Source: the human T2T-CHM13v2.0 reference genome, Homo sapiens. Taken from it: a stretch of 64,000 nt of DNA. The DNA lies in NCBI RefSeq assembly GCF_009914755.1, contig NC_060938.1; one strand, 5' to 3'. Shown piece after piece: positions 12,995 to 27,620 of this stretch. Numbering within the stretch: position 1 is the first letter of the stretch; every line of letters starts with the position of its first letter. Made by a program: the position numbers and the translations under genes. The notes below the pieces were generated by a model. That model made no database searches, was not told the origin of the DNA, and saw nothing but the letters and a program-made list of their open reading frames with translations.

Positions 12995-14064
12995 GAAAAC
13001 TACTGGATCATTTGGGTTGCACCAATGAATAGTGATATGTTAACTGGGATGGAGAACTCTGGAAGAAAACCCATTTGTTTGGATTGGCAGGGGAAGGTTA
13101 ATGAGTTTCAGTCTCTTCTGGGACTTACTGAATTCACAATGACCTTGAAGCATCCAAATGAAGATGTCAAGAGAGAGGATGGACGAGAGGATTCTGAAAT
13201 GAAGACATCAATCTGGGACTGAATAAATGGTAACTGAAGTCTCGGGTGTGGATGAAACCATGTAGGGAAAGAAGACAGTGGAAGAAAAGAGATGGGCCCC
13301 AAACCAAGCCTAGAGAAGCATCATCTGGCTGGGAAAAGAAGGATCTAAGTACAAAGGAGGGAGAGAAGGAGCAGCAGCGAGAGGACAACCATGAGAATGT
13401 GGGGTTAGAACAGTCCAAAGGAGAAGTGTGTTGACAGGAAGCATGTGGTCAGTGAACGGAGCTGAGAAGGCAAGGAAGGTGGGGTCTGGACATCATTGGG
13501 TTTAGTGGCCTGAAGGTGCTGCAGCCAAGCTCCTCAGGGGAAGTGGTTAATGAGGGCAGGAGCCAGACTGGAGTGGGCTCCGTGAGGAGGGAAGATAGAG
13601 TGCGGTGCTGCAAGGATGTCGGGTTGAGGAGAGATTGTTGGGTGTGTTTGTTTCTGGTTATGTTGTTGCTTTGACTGTTTTTTTATTTCTAATGCCAAAA
13701 CAAACAAACAAAACAGTTGTTTTCATAAGCCAATGGGAGAATGTATTTGAGGGAGCAATTTGATTAGATGAGAGGGAAGGGGATCATCATTGGCAGCAGG
13801 TCTGAGAGAAGGGAGGAGGGGATGGAATTCAGTTTGCAAGTGGTGGAATCGGCCCAAGGCAAGAGAAGAGACATTCCTCTGTTGTAACAGGAACAGAGGT
13901 GGGAGAGATGGAGGCAGTGAGTTGCATGGGAAGAAGGTGTCTTCTGCTGGCTTTGTTTCCTGCTGAGAGTGAGGGGGCAGCAGGAAAAGGGGGCAGCGGT
14001 TTGCAGAGAGTGAAAGAAGGGATCTGAAAGATTTCAGCAAGAAGTTAGTTCTGCAGACACCAGG

Positions 14065-14400
14065 TGATATGGTTTGGCTGTGTCCTCACTCAAATGTCTT
14101 CCTGAATTGTAGCGCCCATAATTCCCATGTGTTGTGGGAGGGACCTGGTGGAAGATAATTGAATCATGGGGGTGGTTTCCGCCATACTGTTCTCGTAGCA
14201 GTGAATAAGTCTCACAAGATCTGATAGTTTTATAAGGGGTTTTCTGCTTTCACTTGGCTCTCATTCTCTCTTGTCTGCCACCATGTAAGGATGTGCCTTT
14301 TGCCTTTTGCCTTCTGCCTTCTGCCATGATTGTGAGGCCTCCTCAGCCACATGGAACTGTAAGTCTATTAAACCTCTTTTTCTTTATAAATTACCCAGTC
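14065..14400 (+). mobile_element. THE1 LTR, 3'-truncated
   Basis: tgatatggtttggctgtgtcc...tataaattacccagtc then abrupt loss of homology. Confidence 0.9.
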
Positions 14401-14665
14401 GTGGCACAGATCCCTGGGCCTCATTCCTTCCCAAAGTGCTCTTGGCTTGTATGAAAGGAGTTGTACCAGCATCACAGGAGGCCCTTGGTGTGAACAGAGG
14501 TCCAGGCAAAAGGAGTTCATTTCCAGTCTCCAGGCAGTTGTCTGCCTTAGCAGATTTGAAGATTTGAATACCTCTTTGAGGCAAACCATTTCTCTCTTCC
14601 AAGAAAACCATGAGTTTTTTTTTTTGTTGTTTTCTTTTTTTAGGAAAATTGTAAAGTCATTGTAG

Positions 14666-15075
14666 AGGGAGAAATGGGGACTTGTTGGTCTAAGGATACA
14701 TAATTACAGTTAGATACGAGGAATATATTTCAAGGGATTTATTGTACAGCAACGTGACTATAGTTAATACATATATAATTTATTCTTGGAAAATGTAAAG
14801 AGAGAGGATGTTATGTACTCTTGCCACAAAATAACTATGTGAGGTAATGTATTTGCTAATCAGCTATGTTCAACTATTCCACAATGTGTATATATCACAA
14901 TGTACATATATGCACACAATGTGTATATATACTATGTATATATGTACTATATATTCTCCAAGATGTGTGTGTGTATACACAAACACACACACACACACAC
15001 ACACACACTGGATCATATTATATATGTGATAGAAACATACAATGTTATCTGTAAACTTAAATAATAAAAATACTT
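14666..15075 (+). mobile_element. L1MA-type 3' end with (TA)/(CA) microsatellite
   Basis: ggggacttgttggtc...cagttagatacgaggaat...tatgtgaggtaatg; (CA)n about 14977-15008. Confidence 0.8.
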
Positions 15076-15287
15076 AAAGAAACCAATAAAGCCACACAAA
15101 TTGGAACAGACATTTTAGAGGCCTAGCTAACTCTTCTGCCTGGTGATGTAAACTGTTGTGTGCATTTGAGCCAGAACAATGCCTCACTGGGTCTGCGGCT
15201 TTGGCTGCGGAGAAACATCGGTTTGGTCTGGTTGGATTCAGATGTCATGGGGGCTGAGCTGTCACTTGTTCTTCAGGAGATGTCTGT

Positions 15288-15870
15288 ACAATGGTCCCCC
15301 CTATCCACAGGGGATATATTCCAAGACCCCCAGTGGATGGTGGAAACCCTGGATACTACCAAACCCTATATATACTATGCATGAATTTCTATTTTCTCCT
15401 TTACAATTTCACAGATAGAAGATTCATTCTTAGCATAGATCTTAGCAACTTCAGCATATGACTTTTTCTTTCCTTAAGTCGAGAACTTTCACCTCTTCAC
15501 TTAAAGGAAGCACTTATTGGCACATTCAAGCTGGTACCATTCCTACTCTTGCATTTTGGAACTATTATTAAGTAAAACAGGGTGATTTGAACACAAACAC
15601 TGCTATACTGCTGCAGTTGATCTGATCACTGAGATGGCTAAGTGTCTAACAGGCAGGGAGTGTAAACAGCATGGAGACACTGGACAAAGGAAAGATTCAC
15701 TTCCCCTTGGGAAAGCTTGATATCTCATTGGCCTACTCAGAATGATGCGCCATTTAAAACTCCAGAATTGTTTATTTCTGGAATTTTCCATTTAATATTT
15801 TCAGACTGCAGTTGATGGCAGGTAACTAAAACAACAGAAAATGAAACCCTGGCTAAGGGGGGACTACTCT
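15288..15870. mobile_element. MER82-like Tigger-family DNA transposon
   Basis: gtcccccctatccacaggggatatattccaagacccccagtggatg...taaggggggactact inverted ends. Confidence 0.8.
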
Positions 15871-16124
15871 ATTCTTACTCACACTTTGATTCTAAGTCAG
15901 GAAGCAGACTAATCCGCATAAAGCAATTAGCAAACTGTCCATGACAAGCAGAGACAGAAGTTCAGAAGAGAAAACGCAGCAGTGGTCAGAGTCACCAGGG
16001 AAGTTTCTAAAAAGCGTGTACTTGGATGAGACTTTGAAGGACAGAGAAGGCTGGGGAAGTGAGGGGGAAGAACAAGCATTTCCGGCCCACGAGGGGAGCA
16101 GCTTGAATGTGATTTCTCTGCACA

Positions 16125-16310
16125 CTGGTCGGGCTTCATCACTTACTAGCTGCGTGGCCTTTGGCAAATTACTTAACCTCTGTCAACCTTCTTTTCCCTA
16201 ACTGCAGCAAGATCATATTGGTACCTGTCTGTAAGGCTGTACTAATGTAATTCTTATGATGTTCTTACCACAGTGCTTGGGTCATATAAAGCATCCTGTA
16301 AGTATAACCA
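16125..16310 (+). mobile_element. MIR
   Basis: cacttactagctgcgtggcctttggcaaattacttaacctct. Confidence 0.8.
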
Positions 16311-18561
16311 GTATTTTTTTGTTTTGTTATTATTGTGTGCTAGAACATTAAAAGGACAACTATCTCCACATTCCAAAGTGAACATGGAGGCCACCAAGCA
16401 GGACTGGCCAAGAAGGTGTAAATGGACACTTTGCAACTCCTAGCCCTCACTCATCCTGAGGGAAGAAAAGGATCATAAGTACACCATTCCTGGGGGAAAA
16501 AGTTCGTTTTAAGAGGCTGTGGGTGTGCTTTTGGTCTACCCTCCCAAGGGTAAGGGTGCACCTCACCTCAAGCTGGGGAAAGGGGCTTCATAAGGACTAC
16601 TTGGATGGGCCTGGTGTCTGATTCAGCCCTGAGAAATACTAAAACCACAGACTCTTCCCCTCTGCTAGTGGAGAGGGGATGCAGCTCCTCATTGGCCTGG
16701 GTTCTGAGGGTTTACTGGCATTAAAAAAAAGGCCTGAGTGTTTTCTGTTGGCCACATCTAGGCCAAATGCAAGAAGGAGCCAGCAAGAGGACCCACGAAT
16801 GTCACTGTCAATGATGACTTCAGGAAAATAAGTTGGAAATGCCTAAGAGCTGAGGAAGGAGCTGTAAGTGGCCAGTTAGAACCAAAACGCATTCACACAC
16901 ATCAAGGGAGAATCAGGTAGGGAATCACTAATCAAGGTATATGTTCATGTCACACTGATACAAGGAAGGTCTTAGAAGGTCTTTTCATGATCACAAAAGA
17001 CATAAGATTTTTTTCCTGGATTTCATTCAAAATTTGTTTCCTGGATTCATCTAGCCCTACAGAGTAGGTATAAATGGGTGTTGGAGGGAAGGAAGAGAGT
17101 TGTTTTCTGATTACATCCCACAGTGTATGTTAGTTCAATGTGCTGATTATAATTGTTATTATTATTCTACTCTAATTACCTTCTTCATTAGACTTTGAAC
17201 AACAGGAGGGCAGAAATCCCATCTTGTTCATCTGTATATCCATAGCACCAGCCCAGTGCCTGAAATACCATGAATATTTAATAAATTAATGTTCAATGGA
17301 TGCACGTGTCAACATCCCACAGGAACTGGAGGCCGAGTATGATTCCAAATGGAAGCAGCCCTCATTCAAAGCGGACAACCAGATCTGCTGTCTCCCAGTC
17401 AGGGGAAACTTTTGCCAAACACAGGCCGTCTCTAATTCCCTTTTAAATTGTAGTCAATGTTTTCACCCTGAACTCCAGAATTGTATAATTATACCTTATA
17501 ACATATGGCACACAAAGCTCCACGAGAAGGCATCCCCATCAAAATTTATAAGGCAGAGTTTGCATCTCTGATTTTAAATGGGCTTAACTGCTCGAATTAG
17601 AGTAGGTTTTCTATTCCTGGGAGAGAGGAGAGTGTTCAGGAATTCCAAGAACAATCAGGGCAGCAGTGCCCTCCAGCCACCGTCATATTCAATCTCAGCT
17701 CAGCTGGAACCAAAGGTGGGGCCCAAGTGTGTGTGGGCTTCTGAAAGAGGAAAGCGAACGTGTCGGCTGATCACAGCGGACTTTTGATTTTTTACAGGAA
17801 AAGGAGAAGAGGGCAACATGAAAGATTGAGAGCCAAATATAAAGAAACAATAAGGTGCCTCTTGAACACAGAGATAAAGCCACCTTCTCAGAGGGGACTG
17901 GGTGAAGTCAGCACAGGATGGATAGCAGCAGCCCCACCCAAGCCTACGATCCAGCTGCAGGGGCTCTGGAAACACTCAAAAGTAATCAGAGAGACAGGGA
18001 GGTTCCTCAGGCCTCAGATGCACCTAAGGAAAGCTGAAATCTAGGCAACTGCCAAAAACAGGATGATACTAAAGTAGACAGCCTTTGTGCATCTAGGAAG
18101 AGAGTCCAAGCTGATAAGCTGTGAAGGTTTAAATTGGCCTGGCCAGGGCAGAGACAGTACCTAGCAGATGAGAGAGGTGTATGCTCTCCTGGTCCAGGAA
18201 GATTCACATACCTGCCAATGACCTTCCAATGCTTTATCAAAAGCATCCATTCTATGCTCACCAAATAGTCTTTTGATTACCAATTTAGCTTCATGGATTT
18301 GGGGAAGAGTTTTAAATAATCCAGAAATTGGTAGGTATAATATTCTTTGCAAGTGAATAGACTTGGATTTTGGTTTATACATCTGATGTTAGAACAGCCT
18401 TTCTCTAAGAATAACTCTAGGCGTTTGCAAATCCACCAAACTGTGGTGATGCATTGAGGGCCACCCTCAGTGGATGGGCAGCCAGTAACAGGTCTCTCTG
18501 AATTTATCTTGATTGATCTCTTGTTTATAATTCATTTAGAAATACTGATATACAGCGCTAA

Positions 18562-18562
<1 letters not shown>

Positions 18563-18595
<33 letters not shown>

Positions 18596-18614
18596 CACAC
18601 ACACACACACAGAG
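18563..18614. repeat. (CA)n microsatellite, interrupted
   Basis: Seen directly. Confidence 0.95.
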
Positions 18615-20459
18615 AGAACTCCTACTCATCCTTCAAGGCCCAACTTAAATGCTACACCTCTGAGAATGTTTTCTGCTTAGCCAGTACCTTGTGGGAGGGT
18701 GGGGTGAATAAAGGAGACCACAGAATAATTAACGGAATCTTAAAGAACAACTTTTTACAAACTCTTTTTAGCTAAAAAACTCTTGTTCAACCAAAAGCTG
18801 ATATGAAAGCCAGTCGGTAAAACATACAAAGTGAAACTTCTGTGGCTGAAGAAGGAATAGGAAGCCAAGAACCTGCTCCCTGGGCTTCCCCAATCCCCCT
18901 CATCACACTGAAGCCCCTCATACCACAGTTTGAAAACCCCTTATCTAGTCTAACTCTCATCTTACAAATGAGGAAATTGATCTGGAATCTAATGTCAGAA
19001 AACAGTTTATGCAATCATGTCATGTGGTTCTTCCAAAGCATAGATGATAAATAACATGACATTTATGCTATCCATTCCCAGTCTTGGTAGGCATAAGTAA
19101 TTAATCCCAGATGTGGCTTCAGAATCCTTCTCAACATACTGTTCCAGTAAACTGCTAACACTTGATTGAAGTTGACATGTAAGACACACTTATTTACCAT
19201 TCCTATTTGAAAATTAATGTTTTCCTGTCCTAAATGTTAACATATTTTATATTTATCATATCAACCCAAGTAATTAATATTTAAAAGTATATAAAAGGCT
19301 TTAATATTATCCACAACCCAATAGAAATCTTTTTTTCATCACCTCTCCATTTAGGTAATGGTCTTGAATTATGCATTTTGGGAGTTGACCTTCCAAATCT
19401 AGTGGTGTTAAGTAAATAACTATTATCTAATTACATTTCCTTTACTAGATTAAAATATAAAAATAAACATCTAGATTTCTTCCTTGGTGGTGGTGTCAAT
19501 GCCACCTCAAAAATAAAAAGGTTGGGGGAGTATCTTTAACTGACTCAAGTTTGGTTGATTCAAGCCTGAGATAAAAAAAATGGCATATTAAATTCCAATT
19601 CTAGTTTAGCTATTCTCATTTTTTAAAAAATATTCAGCTCTTCTTTATTAAGATTTTTTTTCTGGGGGAAGAAATGAATGTTTTCTGCCAATTAATTTAG
19701 CTGATTTATGTACAGTGACTATGGACAATGGCCCAGGTGAGCTTTAAGACACAGCATACAGAGAGAGAACCAATCTCTTTCCCTAGATTCCTGCCTAGGG
19801 TTTTAAAACAGAAATGTCTTTCCTCTTGAAAGAACTTGGGAGAAAAGTGATTGTCCTTTTTACTATCCTTTCACCCAGCCTGCCCCATAGAGAAGGAGTC
19901 ACTTATCTGCTTGGGCAGGTTAGGACCAATCACTTACGCCCACTTGGCAGAGTCTTCAGCAGTCTCTCTCCATCTCTCTCATTCCCTGGGGCCTGCTGGA
20001 ACCTTGACTGTATATAGAGTCTCCCCTTCATGCAGTGATGCTTATGCAATACCTTAGCCTTCTAAAGCTGACCACACTAGAGAAGACAGGCCTTTCCTTT
20101 CTCTGGAATTAGGAATGAGCCCTGCCAGAGATCTTCCTCCTACCTGTCTCAATTTTTAGCATCAAATTCATTTGGATTCTTCGGCTTTAAGGTATGAATC
20201 TTCAAAGGATTGACTTATTTGAAGGTCTACATGAATATCTGATTAGCTTCTCCATATACTGATGTATATCATGGTGAGGAAGGGAAGAATTTTCAAATCC
20301 CCAGGTTAACTCTGAAGTCAGAATATCCATCCTACTGCCATTGTTTGAGGGCTAAAATAACTATGAATTTATGATAAACTTTCTTCCAAAAATCTACATG
20401 TCAAATACTTTGACTTTGGGCCCTTATACATAAATTTTTTTCAAGATCTTGGAAATCTT

Positions 20460-21550
20460 TATGGAAATGTTTTCACTTCTATTTTAATAACAATAATTAT
20501 AAGTGTAAAAAAGAAATTATTCATATAGTAGCACAAATTCAAGTAGTACTAAATGGCCCAAAATGAAAAATAAGTCTTCTTTCCCTCTCTGCAACCAAGA
20601 GTCCCACTATTTAGAAGTAACCACACATAAATGCTTCTTTTGTGTAGCTCTTACTGACTTACTCCTTAATATTAAAATGTTTGCATACTTTATTCTTCTT
20701 ATTTGATAACTTGAAGCATTAGGTACTAACTGCATGCTTTGAAAAATGAGGAATTAATTCATTTATACCACCTCTCATACTCTTTGATATTTCTGCCAGC
20801 CACTTTTTTTTAAATTCTATGAGTTATATTCACATGTCTAAATTATGAATTTTTAGTCCCGAAACCATTGACTTTACACAAGGTTTTGACCCATTAACTT
20901 TAGACAATATGTTAGGATGAGGAAGTTAGGATACATTTGACTTAATATCTCCTCATAGCCTTCTAACTCCTGCCTCCCATCTGCCCCTCATTCCAACATG
21001 TCATTAACTTTATATGGTCAATGTCAAGGTTTGTAACATTTATATTAATGACAAAAGCATACTAAGGCTTCATGCTTTGCTTATAAGTTGATTCTAAACT
21101 GAAAGCCAAAAGCTAGCTTTAACAACACGATTATGTATATACTACTCACTGCAAGCCATGAAGTATATAATTGGACCAGCAGAGAAAACACTGTAATACT
21201 AAATCACTAAACATGTTCTGCTCAAAGGAGAAAGTAATTATCAAAACTTTGGAGGAGTAGAAATAGAGCAGCATATTTTAAATATATATATATATACATA
21301 ATAATTAAACCGTATACTTTCACTGTATTACTAAGATCACTCAGTGTCTTCAACCCTCTGTTGGTTGAAGGATATCATTTTTTTCTTGGACATATTTTCC
21401 AGGGATCTTTCTACTCCATGTTTTAGTGTGGACTAACTTATTTCCATACCTGCTGCATTTTTTTCATCCTGGTATTTCTTTTTATCATATTCCTGGGTTG
21501 TGTCCACATTTTCTTATATCCATGTCTGTAATTTTCTTGGATTTCTTTTT
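20460..21550 (-). mobile_element. Very old L1 (L1ME-like) fragments
   Basis: AT-rich degenerate antisense L1-like sequence (tagaagtaaccac, aaaatgaaaaataagtc). Confidence 0.45.
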
Positions 21551-21566
21551 TTAATTGAATGTTTGA

Positions 21567-21657
21567 TTTTAATTTTTTTATTATACTTGAAGTTCTAGGG
21601 TACATGTGCACAACGGGCAGGCTTGTTACATATGTATACATGTGCCATGTTGGTGTG
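21567..21657 (-). mobile_element. Short L1PA 3' end
   Basis: ttattatacttgaagttctagggtacatgtgcacaacg...tgccatgttggtgtg. Confidence 0.9.
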
Positions 21658-22133
21658 TTTCAAGATAATTATAGATGTATATGTAGTTATAAGAAATAAT
21701 ACAGAGAGATTCCCAGGTACCTTTTACCAAGTTTAACCCAACGGTAACATGTTACAAAACTAGAATGCAGTATCAAAACCAGAATATTGACATTAACACA
21801 GTTAAGATTCACAACATTTCCCAGCATCACAAAGATCCTTCATGTCTCCCTTTTATGGCCACACTCTTCTCTCCCACCTTAACCCGTGGCAACCAGTAAT
21901 GTGTTCTCCATTTCTATAATGTTGTCATTTTAAGCATGTTATACACATGGAGTTATACAGTATGTAACCTTTGGGAGTTTGATTTTTTTACAGTCAGCAT
22001 ACTTCTCTAAGGTTTACCCAATTAATTGTATATATCCACAGTTTGATCATTTTTGTTGGTGAATAGTGTTTGATGGTATCTATGTACCAGTCTTGTGTCA
22101 TTATTTATAACATTAGCTGTAGGTTCTGTGTAG

Positions 22134-22514
<381 letters not shown>

Positions 22515-23130
22515 TGAATTTTATCAAGTGCTTTTTCTGTATCAATTGATAAGACTGTGATTTTTTTCTTCATTAGCTTGCTAATAATGATGGATGATAC
22601 TGATTGACTTTTAAATATTGAATCATCCTTGCATCCCTGGAATTTAGCCTATGTGGTCATTTTTATATGTATTGCTGAATTTATTTGCTAATAATTTGTT
22701 AAGAATTTCTGCATATATATTTATTACAAATATTGGTCTTTAATTTTCTTTTTTTGTATTGTCTTTGTCTGATTTTAGTATCATTGAAAAATAACTTCAT
22801 AAAACGAATTGAGAAGTGTGAACTCTTCTTGTATTTCCTGGAAGAGATTGTGTATTAGTGATGTTAATTCTTCTTTATGTGGATTTAATTATGTTTATTC
22901 TATTTGAGTTTGCTTAGCTATTTGAAGCTGTAGATTTATGTCTTCTGCCAAATGTGGAAAAATTTCAACCATTATTTCTTTGAATACTTTTTCAGCCCTG
23001 CCCTGCTCTCTTTTCTTCTCCTTTTAGATATCCAATGACACAAAAATTAGAACTTTTGTTAGAGTCTCACAGGTCCCTAAAGTTTTATTCATTTTTATTT
23101 TTAGTCTGTTTTCCAGACAAGGTCATTTCT

Positions 23131-23440
<310 letters not shown>

Positions 23441-25970
23441 TATCATCCTATCTTAACAATAGAAATTGCCGACTTCATAGAGGAGATAGAAATATTTTCA
23501 TTCATTTTTCCCTGTCCCTTCTATTCTGCCACTGAGTCTGCCAACTGAGCTTTTTATTTTGATTATTATATATTTTACTTGTAAAATATCCATTTGCCTC
23601 TTCTTTACATGTTCTATTTCCTTGCTGAGACTTTTTATCTTTTCATTTGTTTTAAGCATGTTTGTTAATGCTCACTGAAGTACTTTTATAGTGGCCCCTT
23701 TCAAATTTAGGTAAGTCTGATATCTGTCATTTTGTTGGCATCTATTGGTAGTCTTTTTTCATTCAGTTTGAGAATGTCTTGGCTCTTGGTATAGATGATT
23801 TTCACTTAAAATTTGGATATTTTGGTTATAATATTATAAGACTCTGGTTCTTATTTAGACATTCCATTTTAGTTGGCTTCTTCCAACATCACTCTGGCAT
23901 GGGATGGAGGAGCACCAAATGTTATTACTGCCAAGTTGGGGTAAAGTCCAAATTTCCTACGTGGCCTCCAGTGACACCCAAGAAAGGGTGTTCCTCATTA
24001 TTGCTGGGCTGAGTGGGAACCCCATCACCCCACTAGGTTTCCACAGATATTGTCCTGTTCAGGAAGAATAGGAGTGCCTTATTGCTGTTCACCACATGGC
24101 TTCCTTAACACGTGGGTAGGGTGGGGGGAAAAATGTAGTCTCATTACCATAGAATGGTGTGAAAGTCCTGCTCTTTACTTACCCTTCTCTGACACCATCC
24201 TGGTAGAGTATTGGGTTACCTCATTACAGCTTGACAAAGGTGAAAATCTGGGCTCCCCATGATGCTCTTTGCTGGCATGGGTGGAGGTGGAGCCTCAGTT
24301 TTTTTTGTTTTTTTGTTTTTTCCTGTGGTATTTGGCTTAGGTAGAGCAGTTATTGTCTAAAAGTTTCCTGTCTCAGTTGGCTGACTTTCCAGTCCTTTGG
24401 CTAGACAGAGCAGGCTTTGGTCAGGGCCTTTTTTGTCTGTTCCATTTATGTTACTGGGTTGCCAGCTTCTTCAATTCCAAGACTGAGATATATGAGACAA
24501 AAAAATTATTGAGGTCCTTAGCTGGTCTACCTTCTTTTCTCCAGCTTCCAGAGTCTTCTTATGTTTGTTTGATATATAATGTCCAAGGTTTTTTTGTTGT
24601 ACTTGGTGGAGGAAACAGGAAAAAGTATGCCACTCCATCTTCTGAGAAATGAAGTCTGAAATTCTTTTTAATTTTTCTGGAGTATATATATTATTTTCAG
24701 ACAGTAGGTCTTAGAGGTAAAATATCTGAGTCCTTGCATGTCCAAAAAAGGTCTCTACTTTGCCCTCACTAGATACATAGTTTGTAGTGAGGATAAAAAG
24801 ACTTTGGGGTGGAATCACCTCTAGTTTCAGCTTTAACGTGTAAAGAACTTGGAAATTATCACTCCCATCTTTACAATAAGAAAAGGCTGAAAAAAAACTG
24901 AAATCAGTGACTTGTCTTGGATCCACCAGAGAACTGAGATCTCAGGGCAAATTATCACCTTGAAACCTGGAGAGATGAATAAATCCAAATCCCAACAGAG
25001 ATCTGTTTGCTTGGAAGACAAGTCACTGGAGTCATAAACAGGTAGGAACACTTAAATGGTAATTTTGGCAAATTGTTCAGTGCTGAGTATACTAGCAGGA
25101 GAATGAGAGCCTCCTAAGGGCCACATTCCTAAGTTTTATTTCCTGGGGTTTGACCAAGTTTTCATAATGAAAAGGCAAGAAAGATCCTGTAGTTACTCTG
25201 GCAGGGAAAAGGAAAAAGGAACCATTGTCAGCATTCTTCATAACAAAGGCCAGAGGATTTTATCAGAGTGTTATTCCACTTGGGGCAAGGGCATTTTTTC
25301 TCACTCCAGTCCCCTCTAGCTATCCTATCTCACCTAAGTCAAGGAGGTTAGAAAAACTAAGAAACACCTATGAAGGTCACAGCCCTGAGACACAGTTCTA
25401 TTAAAAGAAAGAGATTTAATCGTAAGATTAGAAATGCTTCCCCTCCCCAACATTTTGCCAACAGAACAAAAGGGCTCCTGTACAAAGAATGGATTACAGC
25501 TGACAGAGCAGCAAAGTGCAGACTCCTCCTGAGGAGGAGTACTTAGGTAAGCCCAAAGCCAACAGAGGAGATAAAACAAGGTCGCTAAAGGAATTCAAAG
25601 TCTGGCACCTGCAGCTACAGCCAATATTAAACACAATCAAACTCCTTGCCAAATTAGCATAAAATTTCCCATGAAAGGCCTATTTACCTCATTTCCTATA
25701 TCCAACATGCAGAGTTTTCAACAAAAAATTACAAGTCCAAAAGGCAAGAAGAAACACAGTTTGAAGAGATAAAGCAAACATCAGAACCAGACTCAGACAT
25801 GACATGGGTGTTGGAATTATCAAACACGTATTTTTTAAATCATTGCAATTAATATATTAAGAGCTCTAATGGGAAAAAATAGACAACTCGCAAGAAGAAA
25901 CGAGTAATGTAAGCAAAGAGATGGAAATGCTAAGAAAGAATTTTTTAAATACTAGAAATCAAAAACATTG

Positions 25971-26708
25971 TGTGCTCATTTTCTAGGGCTACCATAACAA
26001 ATTATCAAAAATTGTGTGGAATTAAAGAACAGAAATTTATTCCTCACAATCCAGAGGCCAGAAGTCTGACATCAAGGTCTTTTCAGGTTTGTGTTTTTCT
26101 GGAGGTTCTGGGAATCTCTTTCTTACCTACCTCCTTCTGGTAGTTGCCAATAATCCTTGGCTTTAGATGTGTCTCTCCAGTTTTTGCCTCCATCTTCAAT
26201 ATGGTGTTCTCCTCTGTGGCTCTTTGTATTTTCTCTTCTTCTAAAACTACAAGTCACTGCATTTATCTTAAGATTTAATTACATCTGCAAAGACATCTGC
26301 CACAGATGTTCCTGGTTATCCATGGGGAATTGGTTCCAGGACCCCCACGGATACTAAAATTCACAGATGCTCAAGTCTCTTCTATAAAATGTCATAATAT
26401 TCGCATATAAACTGTGCACATCCTCCAGTGTAATTTAAATCATCTCTAGATTACTTATTACCTAACACAATGCCTACACATCACTTCATTCATGTGGATT
26501 CAATGGAGTACTCAGTGCGCAGTACAAGTTTTGCTTTCTGGAGCTTTGTGAAATTGTTTTTTTCCAAATATTTTTGACCCACAGTTGGTTGAATCCACCA
26601 GTGCATGCACAAACCATAATATGGAGGGCCAACTGTTATTTCCAAATAGGTACTGGGGGTTAAAACTTGGATATATATTGTGGGAGGAACACTGTTTAAC
26701 TCACTACA
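25971..26708 (-). mobile_element. MLT1-type solo LTR interrupted by MER2
   Basis: ctagggctaccataacaaattatc...; perfect TSD CATTG (25966-25970/26709-26713). Confidence 0.85.
26303..26635. mobile_element. MER2 (Tigger family)
   Basis: tatccatggggaattggttccaggacccc...atggagggccaactg. Confidence 0.9.
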
Positions 26709-27519
26709 CATTGTAAAATAAGTGGATAATATCCTTTACGTACTTATCAGTAGACTGTACACAGTCAAGAAAAGAACCAGTAAGCTTAATGAAAGGTCAA
26801 TAGAAAGTTCCCAAATTAAAATACAGAGAGAAAAAAAGAATAAAAAAGAACAGAACATCCAAGAACTGTATGAAAATTCCAAAAAGTATAATATATATGT
26901 AACTTGAATAGCAGAAGAAGAGAAAAAAAGAGCAGAAGATATATTTGAAGAAATAATAGCTGGTCACTTTCTAAAATTAATAACAGATATCAAACCACAT
27001 TTCTGGGAAGCTCAGAAGACATAAATCAAGATAAAAACCCCCAAAATCTACAGATAGACGTATCATATTCGAACTGCAGAAAACCAAAGACAAAGGGAAA
27101 ATCTTGAAAGAAACCAGATTTAAAAAACATGCTGACTATAGACAAACAAGGACAAAAATTAATAGCAGGCTTCTCATAAGAAACCATGCAAGCAAGAAGA
27201 GAATGGAATGAAATGTTTGGTGTTGTAAGAATTCTAGATTCAAAATAATTTTCCCATTGAATTGTTGTTCCATTTTATTCTAGCCACAAATGGTGCAGGT
27301 AGATAGTCTTATGTCAATCAAAATTGTGTTCCTTTGTAGGTAATGTATTAAGTCTTTATAGATGACTTCACATTTTTCTCATTATTCTTGAAGCTTTAAC
27401 ATTTTAACAGTATGTATGTATTAGTGGACATTTGTTCATGTACCCTGTTCAGTGCTGAGAACATTCAATCTGAAAACATGTATTCTTCTTTAGTTCAGGA
27501 AAATATTAATTCATTATTA

Positions 27520-27620
27520 TTGCTGCTACTGCAATTACTACTACTAATATTACTACTGCTACTATTATTAACATCATTTTCATCATGATTGTCATCATCA
27601 TCATCTCTTCCTCTTCATTT
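27520..27620. repeat. Low-complexity (TAC/CAT)n tract
   Basis: Seen directly. Confidence 0.7.

Larger units (their letters stand above)
11520..13950 (-). mobile_element. L2 LINE fragments, interrupted by MLT1A and AluJ
   Basis: Purine-rich degenerate L2 motifs (tgttccaggctgagagga, gaccttgaagcatccaaatgaagatgtcaag). Confidence 0.7.
24820..27228 (+). mobile_element. Old L1 5' region/ORF1 fragment (L1M4/L1MC-like)
   Basis: catcagaaccagactcagacatgaca; gaacatccaagaactgt; gggaaaatcttgaaagaa; gaaaccatgcaagcaagaagagaatgg. Confidence 0.8.

Noticed and set aside
16330-17050. Possible ancient Gypsy-like LTR
   Set aside because: LTR-like composition, but no consensus, termini or TSD I can identify with confidence.
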